A model generated the notes under the pieces. The model made no database searches. It saw only the letters and a list, made by a program, of their open reading frames with translations, and was not told the origin of the DNA. A stretch of DNA of 64,000 bases, taken from the IMG/VR virus record IMGVR_UViG_3300005573_000004, positions 1 to 64,000 of that record; one strand, written 5' to 3'. This document shows positions 26,715 to 36,752 of this stretch, one piece after another; the first letter of the stretch is position 1, and every line of letters starts with the position of its first letter. The position numbers and the translations under genes are program-made. The DNA is from a virus.

Positions 26715-26978
26715 TTAGATTTGTGGAATATTATTTTGTGGATAAGAAGCATTAGAAATAGTTCTATTATAATTATCTAATAAAGCTACAAGTACTTGGT
26801 CCATAGTTTTACCCATATTTGTTGTAGCTGTAATAAGCTGATTAGCTAAATTTGGATTATCCCTTAAAACATCAAATGGTCCAGATATCTTATATTCAAT
26901 TTCAATATGCGTATAATTTCCAGTATTATATCTTCTCAATACTCTAATCTCTGCTACTATTTCAGGTTTAGATTCCAT
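26715..26978 (-). CDS. hypothetical protein
   Basis: AAGGAGGT RBS. Confidence 0.6.
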   Translation of the reverse strand: MESKPEIVAEIRVLRRYNTGNYTHIEIEYKISGPFDVLRDNPNLANQLITATTNMGKTMDQVLVALLDNYNRTISNASYPQNNIPQI

Positions 26979-27000
26979 AATATACCTCCTTTAAGGTTAT

Positions 27001-27672
27001 TTATTGATCACGAGGATCAGTAGACGTCAATGCCCGTTTTTCTCCTGAATATACTTCTTTAAATAAATAATACATATTTATAGCATAATCATATGCACTA
27101 TTTATATAAATCTGTGCTGCTTTAATTGAAGCTAATTCTTCTAATTTCTGAAGATAATTCGGGTCTTGTTTTGCTATTGCTTCACGCTTATCTTGAGAAC
27201 TTCCAGAAGCCTGGCTAATTGCAATTGAATATATCTTCTTTAATTCAGCATCTTGCTTTTCTTCTGTGTATTTTAACATAGATTTATATGTAGATAAATA
27301 TGCTGCAATTGTAGCTGCTTGGATAGCATATTGCACAGCAGAAACAGGATCTATCACACCCTTAATTTCATCACACTGCTGTTTAAATAATTCATAAGAT
27401 CCAATATCAATATCTTCAAGACGTATAATTCTATTTACTAAATGTTTTAATCCTCCCTCTATAACTTCAACCTGGTTCATAGAAACTACTGCTTCTGGAT
27501 ACGAAGCGTTCAATGGAGTGTCAAATGCAACGTGATATTTTGTACTTCCTACTAGCCTTTTTACAAAACCTGTGCTTCCAGCTTTAGCTAATAAAACTCC
27601 TTCGTGTGTAATATCTGTTTTAAATTTAACCAGCATTTGTTCCTCCTGGATCATCCGGAAGTTTTGAAACAT
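27001..27672 (-). CDS. hypothetical protein, helical C-terminus (possible UvsY-like mediator)
   Basis: Long amphipathic helices, ..KREAIAKQDPNY..; weak resemblance only. Confidence 0.35.
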   Translation of the reverse strand: MFQNFRMIQEEQMLVKFKTDITHEGVLLAKAGSTGFVKRLVGSTKYHVAFDTPLNASYPEAVVSMNQVEVIEGGLKHLVNRIIRLEDIDIGSYELFKQQCDEIKGVIDPVSAVQYAIQAATIAAYLSTYKSMLKYTEEKQDAELKKIYSIAISQASGSSQDKREAIAKQDPNYLQKLEELASIKAAQIYINSAYDYAINMYYLFKEVYSGEKRALTSTDPRDQ

Positions 27673-27838
27673 ATTCTTTAATTTTGTCAGTAGTTACCGC
27701 AAGATCCATTAACTGCTTTTCAAAAGTTTTCTTCAATTCTTCTGGCAGCTTCGCTTTTAGATCAATTCGTTTGTATACAGCAGCTATATTATTCAAATAT
27801 CCACTAATACTGTTTGAAAGCTGTACCAACAATCTCAT
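27626..27838 (-). CDS. hypothetical protein
   Basis: Packed ORF. Confidence 0.5.
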   Translation of the reverse strand: MRLLVQLSNSISGYLNNIAAVYKRIDLKAKLPEELKKTFEKQLMDLAVTTDKIKEYVSKLPDDPGGTNAG

Positions 27839-28101
27839 AACGCACCATGTATGCCAATAGATTTTTTTAATATACTAGAATAGTATTCCTTATTCTTTTG
27901 CGTAGTATCAGTCAATGATTTTAATTGCATTTCATAATTTGCTATCTGTGCTTTAAGTGCTTTATTTTCTTCTGTCAGTCTTTGGATTTCTACATCCTTC
28001 TGATCTTTCTGAATAACCGTTGGATTTACCGGATTAGGTGGAATAATTGGATTAATTGGATTTTGTTCCATTATGGTCCTCCTTGTAAAATATTTTTTCA
28101 T
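27835..28101 (-). CDS. coiled-coil protein (likely start MEQNP)
   Basis: RBS before the internal Met; heptads. Confidence 0.55.
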   Translation of the reverse strand: MKKYFTRRTIMEQNPINPIIPPNPVNPTVIQKDQKDVEIQRLTEENKALKAQIANYEMQLKSLTDTTQKNKEYYSSILKKSIGIHGAL

Positions 28102-28354
28102 AATGTTTAATTATCTTTTCAAAAAGTAACAAAATACGTTCTAAATGAGAATATGGAACTACTAGTTTAAATGTCCACGCTGGAATTGGGGCTGTTTTAG
28201 CCTGTGCAGCTACAGTTATTTCAAACAACCTATTATCATAGTCATAAGCGATATAATGTATCATTTCCTGGTCCAATTCTACCGCAGATTTAAACAAAGC
28301 TCTTATTCCTAGTAGTTTTTTAAATAAGCTTCCTTCAACTTCCATCTTCAGCAC
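28052..28354 (-). CDS. hypothetical protein
   Basis: Follows the conserved phage promoter motif. Confidence 0.55.
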   Translation of the reverse strand: MLKMEVEGSLFKKLLGIRALFKSAVELDQEMIHYIAYDYDNRLFEITVAAQAKTAPIPAWTFKLVVPYSHLERILLLFEKIIKHYEKIFYKEDHNGTKSN

Positions 28355-28355
28355 C

Positions 28356-28380
28356 TCCTACTATATATAGACGACAAATT
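28356..28380 (-). promoter_or_regulatory. conserved phage promoter-like motif, copy 1
   Basis: AATTTGTCGTCTATATATAGTAGGA; four copies in the window. Confidence 0.7.
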
Positions 28381-28403
28381 TCAGTATTTTAAAAAAAATT
28401 TTT

Positions 28404-28856
28404 TCAAAAATTTGAATTGTTTTCTACAATAAACCTTTCATCAAAATATTTATCAAAAATTTCTTCAATTACCTTCCATTCCAATCCACCATCTTCGTTT
28501 TTAGACCTACCTAAAACAATTTTCTCCCACTTATTCTGATCAGCCATATGTCTAAGTTGTTCAGCCGAAGTTTCTACTAATTTTGCATCTTCTCTGAGAT
28601 ACCATTGTGCTTTCGTAGGAAATACTCCGAGTTTTATCTCTTCAAAGTACATTACACGTAAACCATTTTCTGCTATGGCTCGTCCGATAACCAAAGCAAT
28701 ATTTGGAAGTCTATCTTTTGCTTCTTTAGCATTTCCTCTTCCCATGACAAGCTTGTTTCCCCGTTGTATAGTGCCGTTAATATTAATGAAAATCTTTGCC
28801 TTTGGATCTTCAGCATAATCCCATATACTCTTTTTCTCTTCAATAAATTTTCCCAT
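28404..28856 (-). CDS. macro-domain (DarG/TARG1-like) ADP-ribose-processing protein
   Basis: N....VMGRG.A, FPTK..W, GGLEW motifs. Confidence 0.65.
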   Translation of the reverse strand: MGKFIEEKKSIWDYAEDPKAKIFININGTIQRGNKLVMGRGNAKEAKDRLPNIALVIGRAIAENGLRVMYFEEIKLGVFPTKAQWYLREDAKLVETSAEQLRHMADQNKWEKIVLGRSKNEDGGLEWKVIEEIFDKYFDERFIVENNSNF

Positions 28857-28857
28857 A

Positions 28858-30000
28858 TTAGCCTCCTTTTTGTGTTAAAAGATTTTTATAGAATGCAAAC
28901 CATTTTTGTCCTATTATTTTTTGATCAAAATTATCATCAACGAATTGAGCTCCACTAACTCCTAACATATGTCTAAATTTTGGATTTTCAATAAGTTCTT
29001 CAATAGCATCTCTCCAAACCTTATATGTATTACCAGAAGTTTTTACTAATATACCTGTTTTTCTATCTTTAATAGTATTTTGATATGGGTATATTGATGA
29101 AGCAATTACAGGTATTCCTAAAGATGCAAATTCTAAATATTTTATATTGCTTTTACTTTCGTTGAAAACAATTGGTGCTAATGGACAAATAGCAATATCA
29201 ACTTTTTGAAGACTTCTATAATAATCTAAAACATTATCATACCAGGAACCGTAAATAATTTGATCCGAATTAATATCTTTGAATAAAGGACAATCTGACC
29301 ATCCTCCTAAATAGAATTTAACATTTTTATGGGTTTTCAAAACATCTTTTATTACAGGAACTACAACTTTAAGATCTATATAATGTGTAAAACCGCCAGC
29401 CCAACCAATTATTATTGGATCATCGCGATAATAATCTTCTTTTTTCTTACGTAAAGTTTTCATAAAATCTGTATTTACAAAATTTGGAAGAACGTGTACA
29501 TTGTCGTGTAAATGATTTAAAACTTTCTTAAGAGGTTCAGTACTGACAGTTACTGCGTCCACTTTCTTTAGAAATTCATAAATATTTTTTAACGTATCTG
29601 GTGTATAAGCTTTTGCTGCCGGAGATGTTGGATGAATTTTAAATAAATCATCATCTAATTCATAAACTAAAGTTATATTTTCCTGCTTAAATTTATGTAA
29701 TAAATTTAATATCGTATCCGATGTTTGTCTCTGTAATACTATCATATCCCAAGATATATGATTTGGATGGTCTTTTTCAATATCCTCTTTCATAATACAA
29801 TTACTTACAACAATATTTATATAATCAGAATACTTCGTATTTAAAAAGCTTGCAGGAGTTCTACCACGATACCATCCACATCCATTAAGGTCAGCAAGTA
29901 AAAATAAAATTTTTTTAGAATTTGGAACAAAATTTTCTAATTCATACATATGTCTAATTGGTTTGTGTTCAATATGAGCTAATGATGCTTGTTCTGGCAT
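28858..30000 (-). CDS. GT4-like glycosyltransferase
   Basis: GCGWYR, YELDDD, VTVSTEPL, IGWAGG..H..DL, FN..KSNIKYLEF. Confidence 0.85.
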   Translation of the reverse strand: MPEQASLAHIEHKPIRHMYELENFVPNSKKILFLLADLNGCGWYRGRTPASFLNTKYSDYINIVVSNCIMKEDIEKDHPNHISWDMIVLQRQTSDTILNLLHKFKQENITLVYELDDDLFKIHPTSPAAKAYTPDTLKNIYEFLKKVDAVTVSTEPLKKVLNHLHDNVHVLPNFVNTDFMKTLRKKKEDYYRDDPIIIGWAGGFTHYIDLKVVVPVIKDVLKTHKNVKFYLGGWSDCPLFKDINSDQIIYGSWYDNVLDYYRSLQKVDIAICPLAPIVFNESKSNIKYLEFASLGIPVIASSIYPYQNTIKDRKTGILVKTSGNTYKVWRDAIEELIENPKFRHMLGVSGAQFVDDNFDQKIIGQKWFAFYKNLLTQKGG

Positions 30001-30002
30001 GT

Positions 30003-30599
30003 TTAGTTATCTCCTTTTTTTACTCTATAAAATACTAAAAATCCATTTCCTACCTGATCATCAGATTCTAATATCAATTCTTTTATGTAATTCCAAAGTT
30101 TTTGTTCGTTTCCATATTGTATTAAATTATCAAATGTCTTAGTATCCCAAACGGTTTGATGAGCTGCAGGATCAAAATTTGAATATAAATGTGGGTTCTT
30201 CCAACGGTCTATAAATTCTGACAATGTTGTTAATGGTCTTCCAATATCATTGGGCGAAGCATCCCGCTTTGGAATAATAGCAACTATTAACCCATCATTT
30301 TTAATAACTCTAAACCATTCTATCAATACAGCAATTGGATTTGGGTGATGCTCTAACATATGAGATGAAAAAACAAAATCTTGAGAAGAATCTTCTACTG
30401 GAATAGAAGCTGCATCCGCTTCATAATCAACTGGTGCCGGAGAAAGCCCTAGTTTTCTGGAATAATCTTCCCATACTTTTCTATTTGGTATATCTACATT
30501 TTTAGCATCTAAATGAAAATCATTCCATGCTGATTTTCCAATTTCTAATCCTTTTTTACCTTTTAATAGTTCTGATATAATTTTACTCATGAAATTCAC
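30003..30599 (-). CDS. class I SAM-dependent methyltransferase
   Basis: GLEIG, DFVFSSHMLEH..NP...L.EW.RV. Confidence 0.8.
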   Translation of the reverse strand: MNFMSKIISELLKGKKGLEIGKSAWNDFHLDAKNVDIPNRKVWEDYSRKLGLSPAPVDYEADAASIPVEDSSQDFVFSSHMLEHHPNPIAVLIEWFRVIKNDGLIVAIIPKRDASPNDIGRPLTTLSEFIDRWKNPHLYSNFDPAAHQTVWDTKTFDNLIQYGNEQKLWNYIKELILESDDQVGNGFLVFYRVKKGDN

Positions 30600-31000
30600 T
30601 CATCCCTCTCTAAATCTATACCTTCTTGTTTATATACCGCCTTTTCCGCTGTACATATTGGACAATCCTTTTTAACACATTCATATTTGTGTCCGTGCGA
30701 AATATATGTACTAACTCTCTTTTCTTTCCATCTAGTACTAGGTTGAAATTCTTCTATTACACTATCAATAAATTGTTTGAACTTTTCAACATCAAAATTG
30801 TCTTCATCACCAAAGTCAAAACATTCAGTATAATTTTCACTATCATATTGATAGGAATTATGATACCGCAATACTACTCCGTTTTCTGTCCGTTCAATAC
30901 ATAATGTATATTTTCCTTCTAAAAGTTTTAGGATCTTTTTAAGAGTATCTTCTTTTTTTATTCGTTTCATCTTAATTCCTCCTTTATTTTTTAAATTCAA
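30596..31000 (-). CDS. hypothetical protein with C-terminal Cys/His cluster
   Basis: HGHKYEC....CPIC. Confidence 0.5.
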   Translation of the reverse strand: MNLKNKGGIKMKRIKKEDTLKKILKLLEGKYTLCIERTENGVVLRYHNSYQYDSENYTECFDFGDEDNFDVEKFKQFIDSVIEEFQPSTRWKEKRVSTYISHGHKYECVKKDCPICTAEKAVYKQEGIDLERDE

Positions 31001-31259
31001 TTAATTTAGCTTCAGTCAACTCATATACAACTGATCTTGGGATTGGCAAATCTTTATGAAATATAACTCCAAGATATCCATTCTGTATTATGTCTGGATG
31101 ATCTTCCAAAAATTTTTTCAATTTTGGCAAATATTGATCTATACATATTTGACATATTTGTTCTTTATTAAATGTAGGTTTACCGCATATTTTACACGGA
31201 TTTCCTTCCTGTTCTATATTAAGATCTTTCAAATCTATTTTATCATCTGCCATTTTCAC
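30984..31259 (-). CDS. Zn-finger protein
   Basis: CKICG...CQIC. Confidence 0.55.
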   Translation of the reverse strand: MKMADDKIDLKDLNIEQEGNPCKICGKPTFNKEQICQICIDQYLPKLKKFLEDHPDIIQNGYLGVIFHKDLPIPRSVVYELTEAKLIEFKK

Positions 31260-31621
31260 TCCTCTACAGTATCAACCTTTTTTCTAGCTTTTTTCTTTTT
31301 GCTTTTATATGGTTTCACCGTTAAGGATTTATTAGATTCTGCAAAGCTTCCCATTCCTGTTTTCTTATCAACATCTAATTTTATAGGTTGAATAAATTTC
31401 ATTTCAATAGCTTCATCTATACCATATAATGCTTCCCGTTCTATCTGTGACCCAGCGAAATCTCTACTAACAACTAAAATTGAAGTAATGTTTTCTGGTA
31501 AAACATGCAAACGAAATTGACCGTTAAAAACTATAGTACTAGCTGCTTTAGTCGGTCCGTAATAAAGGTCAAAATCTTGTTCAACTGTGATTTCTGTTAA
31601 TGCATAGTAACCTATTACCAT
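31256..31621 (-). CDS. hypothetical protein
   Basis: ORF with RBS. Confidence 0.55.
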   Translation of the reverse strand: MVIGYYALTEITVEQDFDLYYGPTKAASTIVFNGQFRLHVLPENITSILVVSRDFAGSQIEREALYGIDEAIEMKFIQPIKLDVDKKTGMGSFAESNKSLTVKPYKSKKKKARKKVDTVEE

Positions 31622-31633
31622 AAGATCACGCTC

Positions 31634-32437
31634 CTATCCCCAGCAAAATTTTTTAAATAAACAGTTATAACACGCTTTTGGGTTTCTGTTAAATTTAGTT
31701 GTAGTCTCTAATTTATAAATAAGATCAATTAGGTTATTCAATGTATTTAGTCGTTCTGATTGTTTAATCTCTAAAGTACGAACTATTAATTTACTATGTA
31801 AATAAACATACTGGAAAATCATATCTTTGTCAAATAAAATCGTATAAATCTGTGTCTGAAAACTCTTTCTTAATTCTCTGATAGCAGATGGACTAGACTG
31901 AGTTTTAAAATCAATAATAAGGTTTGGATAGATAATTAAATCAATTTTCCCTGTTATAACTACATCCTTAAACGTTGTATATTGCGGATGCAACTGGTCT
32001 TTCGGAAATACTTGAGCCAATTCTCCAATTGTTGTATCAAAAGTTTTTTCTGTTTCTATTCTACGTGTATAAAATTGATTTGTTATAAAATAATCATAAT
32101 ATGGATAAATATAAGATTTAAAGATTTCTTCATCATTAAATCCAATTTTAGTTAACATATTTGGATTTTGGCTTCTTGAATTGGCTATATTAACCATAGT
32201 TAATTGGTGAATTTTTGCATATAAATCTTTTGCTAAAGCAAGATGGTCTTCTGGTAGTTTTGAATTAATTATATACTTATGGAAATCCTCTAAAATTTTA
32301 TGTATCATAATTCCAAATAACATATGCTGTGTCGGAGATACGTGTCTATTATAATTCTTAACGTATCTTAAATAATATCTATATGGACACGATACATAGT
32401 TATCTAACCCTGTAGCAGAAATTCTCGTGATTTTCAT
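31634..32437 (-). CDS. PD-(D/E)XK exonuclease, Cas4/AddB-like
   Basis: S.T.L..Y..CP, GKIDL, IIDFKT, Q..IY, C..C.F...C (four-Cys staple). Confidence 0.82.
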   Translation of the reverse strand: MKITRISATGLDNYVSCPYRYYLRYVKNYNRHVSPTQHMLFGIMIHKILEDFHKYIINSKLPEDHLALAKDLYAKIHQLTMVNIANSRSQNPNMLTKIGFNDEEIFKSYIYPYYDYFITNQFYTRRIETEKTFDTTIGELAQVFPKDQLHPQYTTFKDVVITGKIDLIIYPNLIIDFKTQSSPSAIRELRKSFQTQIYTILFDKDMIFQYVYLHSKLIVRTLEIKQSERLNTLNNLIDLIYKLETTTKFNRNPKACYNCLFKKFCWG

Positions 32438-32445
32438 ATATACTC

Positions 32446-34479
32446 CTAATTCAAAACTACTACACTTGATACGCCATTTTCTTTTTTTACCAAAAGTGAA
32501 TTATTAAACTCATAGGCAAAATCTGGAAAATGCGTTATTAAAAATATTTGGAATTGCCCAGATATACTTTTTAACATACTGGCAACAAATTCACGATATG
32601 GTTCGTCTAGGTCCTTTATACCTTCATCTACTATCAAATATTGAAAATTATATTTATTTGCGACCAACGTAGTTAAAGCTAAACGTAACGCAAAATTCAC
32701 TAAAACAAATTCAGCTCCCGATAATTCATCTAATTCACAAACTTCTTTATATTGATTAACTACCATAGTGTCAAAAACAGGTATAGTACCTTCAGAAGAT
32801 TTCTTAGACTTTTCAAATTGAAAAAATACTGATTTACCCAAACGAGTTAAATAAGAATTAGCTAAAATTGTTATCTCTTCTAATGCTTCAGAAATAAGAG
32901 CCTTTTGTATTCCATTTATAGATAAAATATTTGCACTATGTGTAGTTAAACTTTGAGCTTTTGCATATTGCTGTATTTCAGAATCTAATTGTACTATTTG
33001 ATCCTTTATAGTTAATATGTTTGCTTGCATATTTTCAATTTTCATAATATTCCTTTGTAAATCTTCAATTTCTGTTTTAAGTATATCAATAGATGCATAT
33101 AATTCTTTTAATTGATCTGGATTGCTTCCTTGAAGTAGTTTCTCAGTATCTTCTAATTGTTTTTTATTAAATGCTAATTCCTGTTGTTCTTTCTCACATT
33201 GTTTAGTTAATAATTGATTTATAGATTCTAATTGATTTATTTTTCCTTCTAATTCTGTTTGAGTCCTTATATTTTCATTATAAATAGCTATTTGCTTATT
33301 CATTTCATCTACCTGTTTAGCTAAATTTGAACGAATATCTATTAAATTATTATATTCTTCTCCAAGCTTTTGATAAGTATTATTCATTGAAGCTATCTCA
33401 CCATTAAGATGTTTTTCCAATTCTGACTTATATGAGTCGTCCATAACTCGCCTACAAAAAGGACACATATTCTGTTGTAAAATTAATGGTTTCTTTCTTT
33501 CAGCCTCTCTAATCTGGTCCTCTATCATTTTCATTTCCTGTTGCTTTGCAGCTACAGTTTTTTCTGCAGATAAAAAACTACCCAGTAAATTCTTTTTATA
33601 ATTTTCATCAATAGGGGTGACTCTATGCTTAATTAAATCCTCTAGAATTGGTTTATATTTTTGTAATTGGGCATTATTGTCTGCTAAAGTTTTATTTGCA
33701 TTCTCTAATGATTCGGTTAATGTTTTAATTTTTTTAATGATTTCTTCCTTTTTATTTAATAAAAGTTCTGTTTGTTTATTAGCTTCTAAAAGCTGCTGTT
33801 TCTCTTTTAGCATAGATTGTTTCAAAGAAAGTTGCTGTTGTAATTGTTCAATATCACTTTTAGATAATGCTTCTTGAATAGAAGCAAGTTGCATTTCTAA
33901 TATTTCTTTTTGCTGTTTACTTTTAGATCCATAATCAACGATTAGTTTAGTTAAATTCTTAGCTACTTGATGGTATGTTTCCCATTGTTTTATTTCCATA
34001 AGTGACATTATGAAATCTGTTTTAACTTGTTTCGGTGCATTACCAAAAGCATCGGAAAAATGTTGGCTTTGATAGATAGTATATTCATAAAGTTTACGGT
34101 CTATACCTAATAAATCATACATATATCTTTCAACTTCTGTTTTTTGTTGAGAAATCAATTGTCCGTCTTTATATAAAGACGGTTTATAATCACTATTAGT
34201 AAATTCTTTTATAATATTATAAATATGACCATTATGTTCAAAAGTTAAGGATGCCTTACCTTCCGTCGCTCCTCTACGTAATCTATGTTTACGTTTTGTA
34301 AATAAACAATAATCTATACCCTTAAATAAGGTTGATTTTCCAGCCTCATTTGAATGCTTTTCAGATCCCCTATCTAAATTTATACCTTTAATCAAGACTG
34401 GTGAGCCTAATTGAGTGAAATCTATATATGTATTGGCATGTGCCATAAAATTTTTTAATTCTAAGTTAAGTAATCTCAT
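32446..34479 (-). CDS. sbcC: SbcC/Rad50-like ATPase
   Basis: NEAGKST Walker A, coiled coil with CPFC hook, LSGAE signature, LIVDE. Confidence 0.9.
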   Translation of the reverse strand: MRLLNLELKNFMAHANTYIDFTQLGSPVLIKGINLDRGSEKHSNEAGKSTLFKGIDYCLFTKRKHRLRRGATEGKASLTFEHNGHIYNIIKEFTNSDYKPSLYKDGQLISQQKTEVERYMYDLLGIDRKLYEYTIYQSQHFSDAFGNAPKQVKTDFIMSLMEIKQWETYHQVAKNLTKLIVDYGSKSKQQKEILEMQLASIQEALSKSDIEQLQQQLSLKQSMLKEKQQLLEANKQTELLLNKKEEIIKKIKTLTESLENANKTLADNNAQLQKYKPILEDLIKHRVTPIDENYKKNLLGSFLSAEKTVAAKQQEMKMIEDQIREAERKKPLILQQNMCPFCRRVMDDSYKSELEKHLNGEIASMNNTYQKLGEEYNNLIDIRSNLAKQVDEMNKQIAIYNENIRTQTELEGKINQLESINQLLTKQCEKEQQELAFNKKQLEDTEKLLQGSNPDQLKELYASIDILKTEIEDLQRNIMKIENMQANILTIKDQIVQLDSEIQQYAKAQSLTTHSANILSINGIQKALISEALEEITILANSYLTRLGKSVFFQFEKSKKSSEGTIPVFDTMVVNQYKEVCELDELSGAEFVLVNFALRLALTTLVANKYNFQYLIVDEGIKDLDEPYREFVASMLKSISGQFQIFLITHFPDFAYEFNNSLLVKKENGVSSVVVLN

Positions 34480-35567
34480 GGTTTTAATCCTAAAATTGGA
34501 ATTTCAAATGGAGAAGTTTCCATTTTTATTTTCTCAGAAACTATATCTTCACAAATAGATAATATGGCTTTATGTTCAGGAACTAAATTGTTTCTTTTAA
34601 CATAATCATCTATATAATTTTCTAAAGTCACTTTTTGTCTCCTAACAAATTCAGGAGCTGATGTATAAGAAATCGGTTTAAAGTTCTTTATTATACGAAC
34701 AGGATACCCTTTCGCTTCTAATTCTTTTTGAAGTTTATCCAATTCTGGAACTAAACTAACATCTATATCTTTTGCTATGATTTTGACCATAGTTCCTGGA
34801 ACAGATATTTTTGACTGATCAAATGTTTCAAAATCAAACACTTGTATAGGTCTAGCATTTGTGGGTATAAACCCTACATTTCCTGAATCATACAAAGAAA
34901 TATATTTTGTAGGTTCTTCTTCTCCCCAATCAGTCCTATAAGGTGAACCGCTATAATAAAAGTTTCCTATAATCTGTCCTCCAGTATGGATATGGCCTAT
35001 TGCTCCATATTTTACTTTGGATAAACTTTGTAACCATCCTGATGAAACAGTAAATTCAGATGAAGATGGAGTTATCGCAGAGAACTCATTAACCCAAAGA
35101 TGTCCTATTAAATATAATTCATTTCCTTTATAATCATCGTGAAGTCTTTGAATTGTATTAAGACAAACATCTTTTGCGTGGTATTTATATGGTATCACAA
35201 GAATATCTATGTCTTTTACTCTATATAAACCTTCTTCATCAAAAATAAAAAGATTTTGTAAGTTTAAATTTTTTAAAGGTTTAAGTGTGTGATGTGCTTC
35301 TTCATTATCAGGTTGGTCATGATTTCCAGGTATCATAACAATTGTACACCCAAGATCTAATAATTGTTTTAAGAATATATGAGCCAATGAATATTCCGTA
35401 GGAGTTGGTTCTTTTTTATCAAACAGATCCCCAGCAAAAAATATATATTCTGGTTGGTATTGTTTTACTACATCAAGAATAAAACGTAATTGTCCTAATA
35501 AATCGTATTTATATCTGTCATCACTCTTTAATTTAATATGTAAATCTGCAAAATGAAGTATTTTCAT
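34476..35567 (-). CDS. sbcD: SbcD/Mre11-like nuclease
   Basis: FADLH, AGDLFD, GNHD, GHIH, YSGSP. Confidence 0.92.
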   Translation of the reverse strand: MKILHFADLHIKLKSDDRYKYDLLGQLRFILDVVKQYQPEYIFFAGDLFDKKEPTPTEYSLAHIFLKQLLDLGCTIVMIPGNHDQPDNEEAHHTLKPLKNLNLQNLFIFDEEGLYRVKDIDILVIPYKYHAKDVCLNTIQRLHDDYKGNELYLIGHLWVNEFSAITPSSSEFTVSSGWLQSLSKVKYGAIGHIHTGGQIIGNFYYSGSPYRTDWGEEEPTKYISLYDSGNVGFIPTNARPIQVFDFETFDQSKISVPGTMVKIIAKDIDVSLVPELDKLQKELEAKGYPVRIIKNFKPISYTSAPEFVRRQKVTLENYIDDYVKRNNLVPEHKAILSICEDIVSEKIKMETSPFEIPILGLKP

Positions 35568-35965
35568 AAATATTCCTTCATGATTTTCATAATTCGTCTA
35601 ACCCTTCTATTTAAAATTTCTTGATTCGCATATGTCTTTCTTTTATTTCTAATTGTGGTTATTAGTCCTCGTATTTGAGTTAATTTATCTTTAAATGCCA
35701 ATTTCTTTTCTTTAATCTTGTTTATACGTTCTCTTTCTTCTTCTAATAAATCTACGGTAATTGGGTCACCAAACAAACGCATTAGAGTAGTGACATTTCC
35801 ACTTCTTTTACACCCCCAACAAAAGAAACTATTAGTTTTCGGATATATAGTAAAAGATCCAATTGTTTCTTTATGGTCTGGATATGGACATAGCATCCTA
35901 TAAATAGATCCAACAGGCTTTGGATTATATCCTTTACTTTTTAAATAATCTAATATATCCATCAT
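35564..35965 (-). CDS. stand-alone CHC2 zinc-finger (primase ZBD-like) protein
   Basis: CPYPDH.E...SF......F.CWGC...G. Confidence 0.8.
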   Translation of the reverse strand: MMDILDYLKSKGYNPKPVGSIYRMLCPYPDHKETIGSFTIYPKTNSFFCWGCKRSGNVTTLMRLFGDPITVDLLEEERERINKIKEKKLAFKDKLTQIRGLITTIRNKRKTYANQEILNRRVRRIMKIMKEYL

Positions 35966-36339
35966 ACATTATTCCTAATATCATCTAATATTTTCGTAAG
36001 AAATTCAATAGGAGATAACCGTGCTAAACGTTCCATATAGGTTGGTTCTGAATCTTCTACTTTTATCCTGTGTTTCTCAGCGTGGATCAATAATTTAATA
36101 TAATCATCATTTACATTATTAGTTTTTATATATACTTTACCACATTGTATTTCAATTTTTGCCAATCCTTTAGTAGTAAAAACACTAAAATCACAATCTA
36201 ACATCTTTTTAATTTTTCTAAATGTTTCGCTTATATATGGGTCATCTGGTCTAGTTACTAACTGCACCCAAGGTAGTTTAGCTAACTTACGTGCCTGTTC
36301 TAAATTTAATCTTTTGTTATGAAATTTTATTATTCTCAT
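35962..36339 (-). CDS. hypothetical protein
   Basis: Packed ORF. Confidence 0.5.
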   Translation of the reverse strand: MRIIKFHNKRLNLEQARKLAKLPWVQLVTRPDDPYISETFRKIKKMLDCDFSVFTTKGLAKIEIQCGKVYIKTNNVNDDYIKLLIHAEKHRIKVEDSEPTYMERLARLSPIEFLTKILDDIRNNV

Positions 36340-36745
36340 TTATTAGTTTTCTCCTTTTATCCTCTAGAAATAAACATTTAATTTTTGACCTAACTTGGTA
36401 AATTGGAATACGTAATCTTTCTACTATCTCGAATTCTGGAATTAACAAGTCTAAACTTTTTATTTTATAGAATTGATTTTCTTCAACCATATAACTTACA
36501 TAATTTGATCTACCAACTGCAAATACAATCAAATCTAATGAAAATTCTTTTCCTATCTTTGCTACTTGATAGATTATTTTTTCAGGAGTTGATTCGTCTG
36601 GATTAAATCTAATCCAGAGCATCTTAATTCCAGTACTTTGTTCTACAACATATGTTTCAACAAAAATATTTGCGTTATGCTCCTCAACCAAAGCTCTAAT
36701 ATGCCAGTATTCTTCGGAGGAATCGTCTATAGGTCTGTCGGACAT
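36317..36745 (-). CDS. hypothetical protein
   Basis: Packed ORF. Confidence 0.5.
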   Translation of the reverse strand: MSDRPIDDSSEEYWHIRALVEEHNANIFVETYVVEQSTGIKMLWIRFNPDESTPEKIIYQVAKIGKEFSLDLIVFAVGRSNYVSYMVEENQFYKIKSLDLLIPEFEIVERLRIPIYQVRSKIKCLFLEDKRRKLINENNKIS

Positions 36746-36752
36746 CTTTTGC

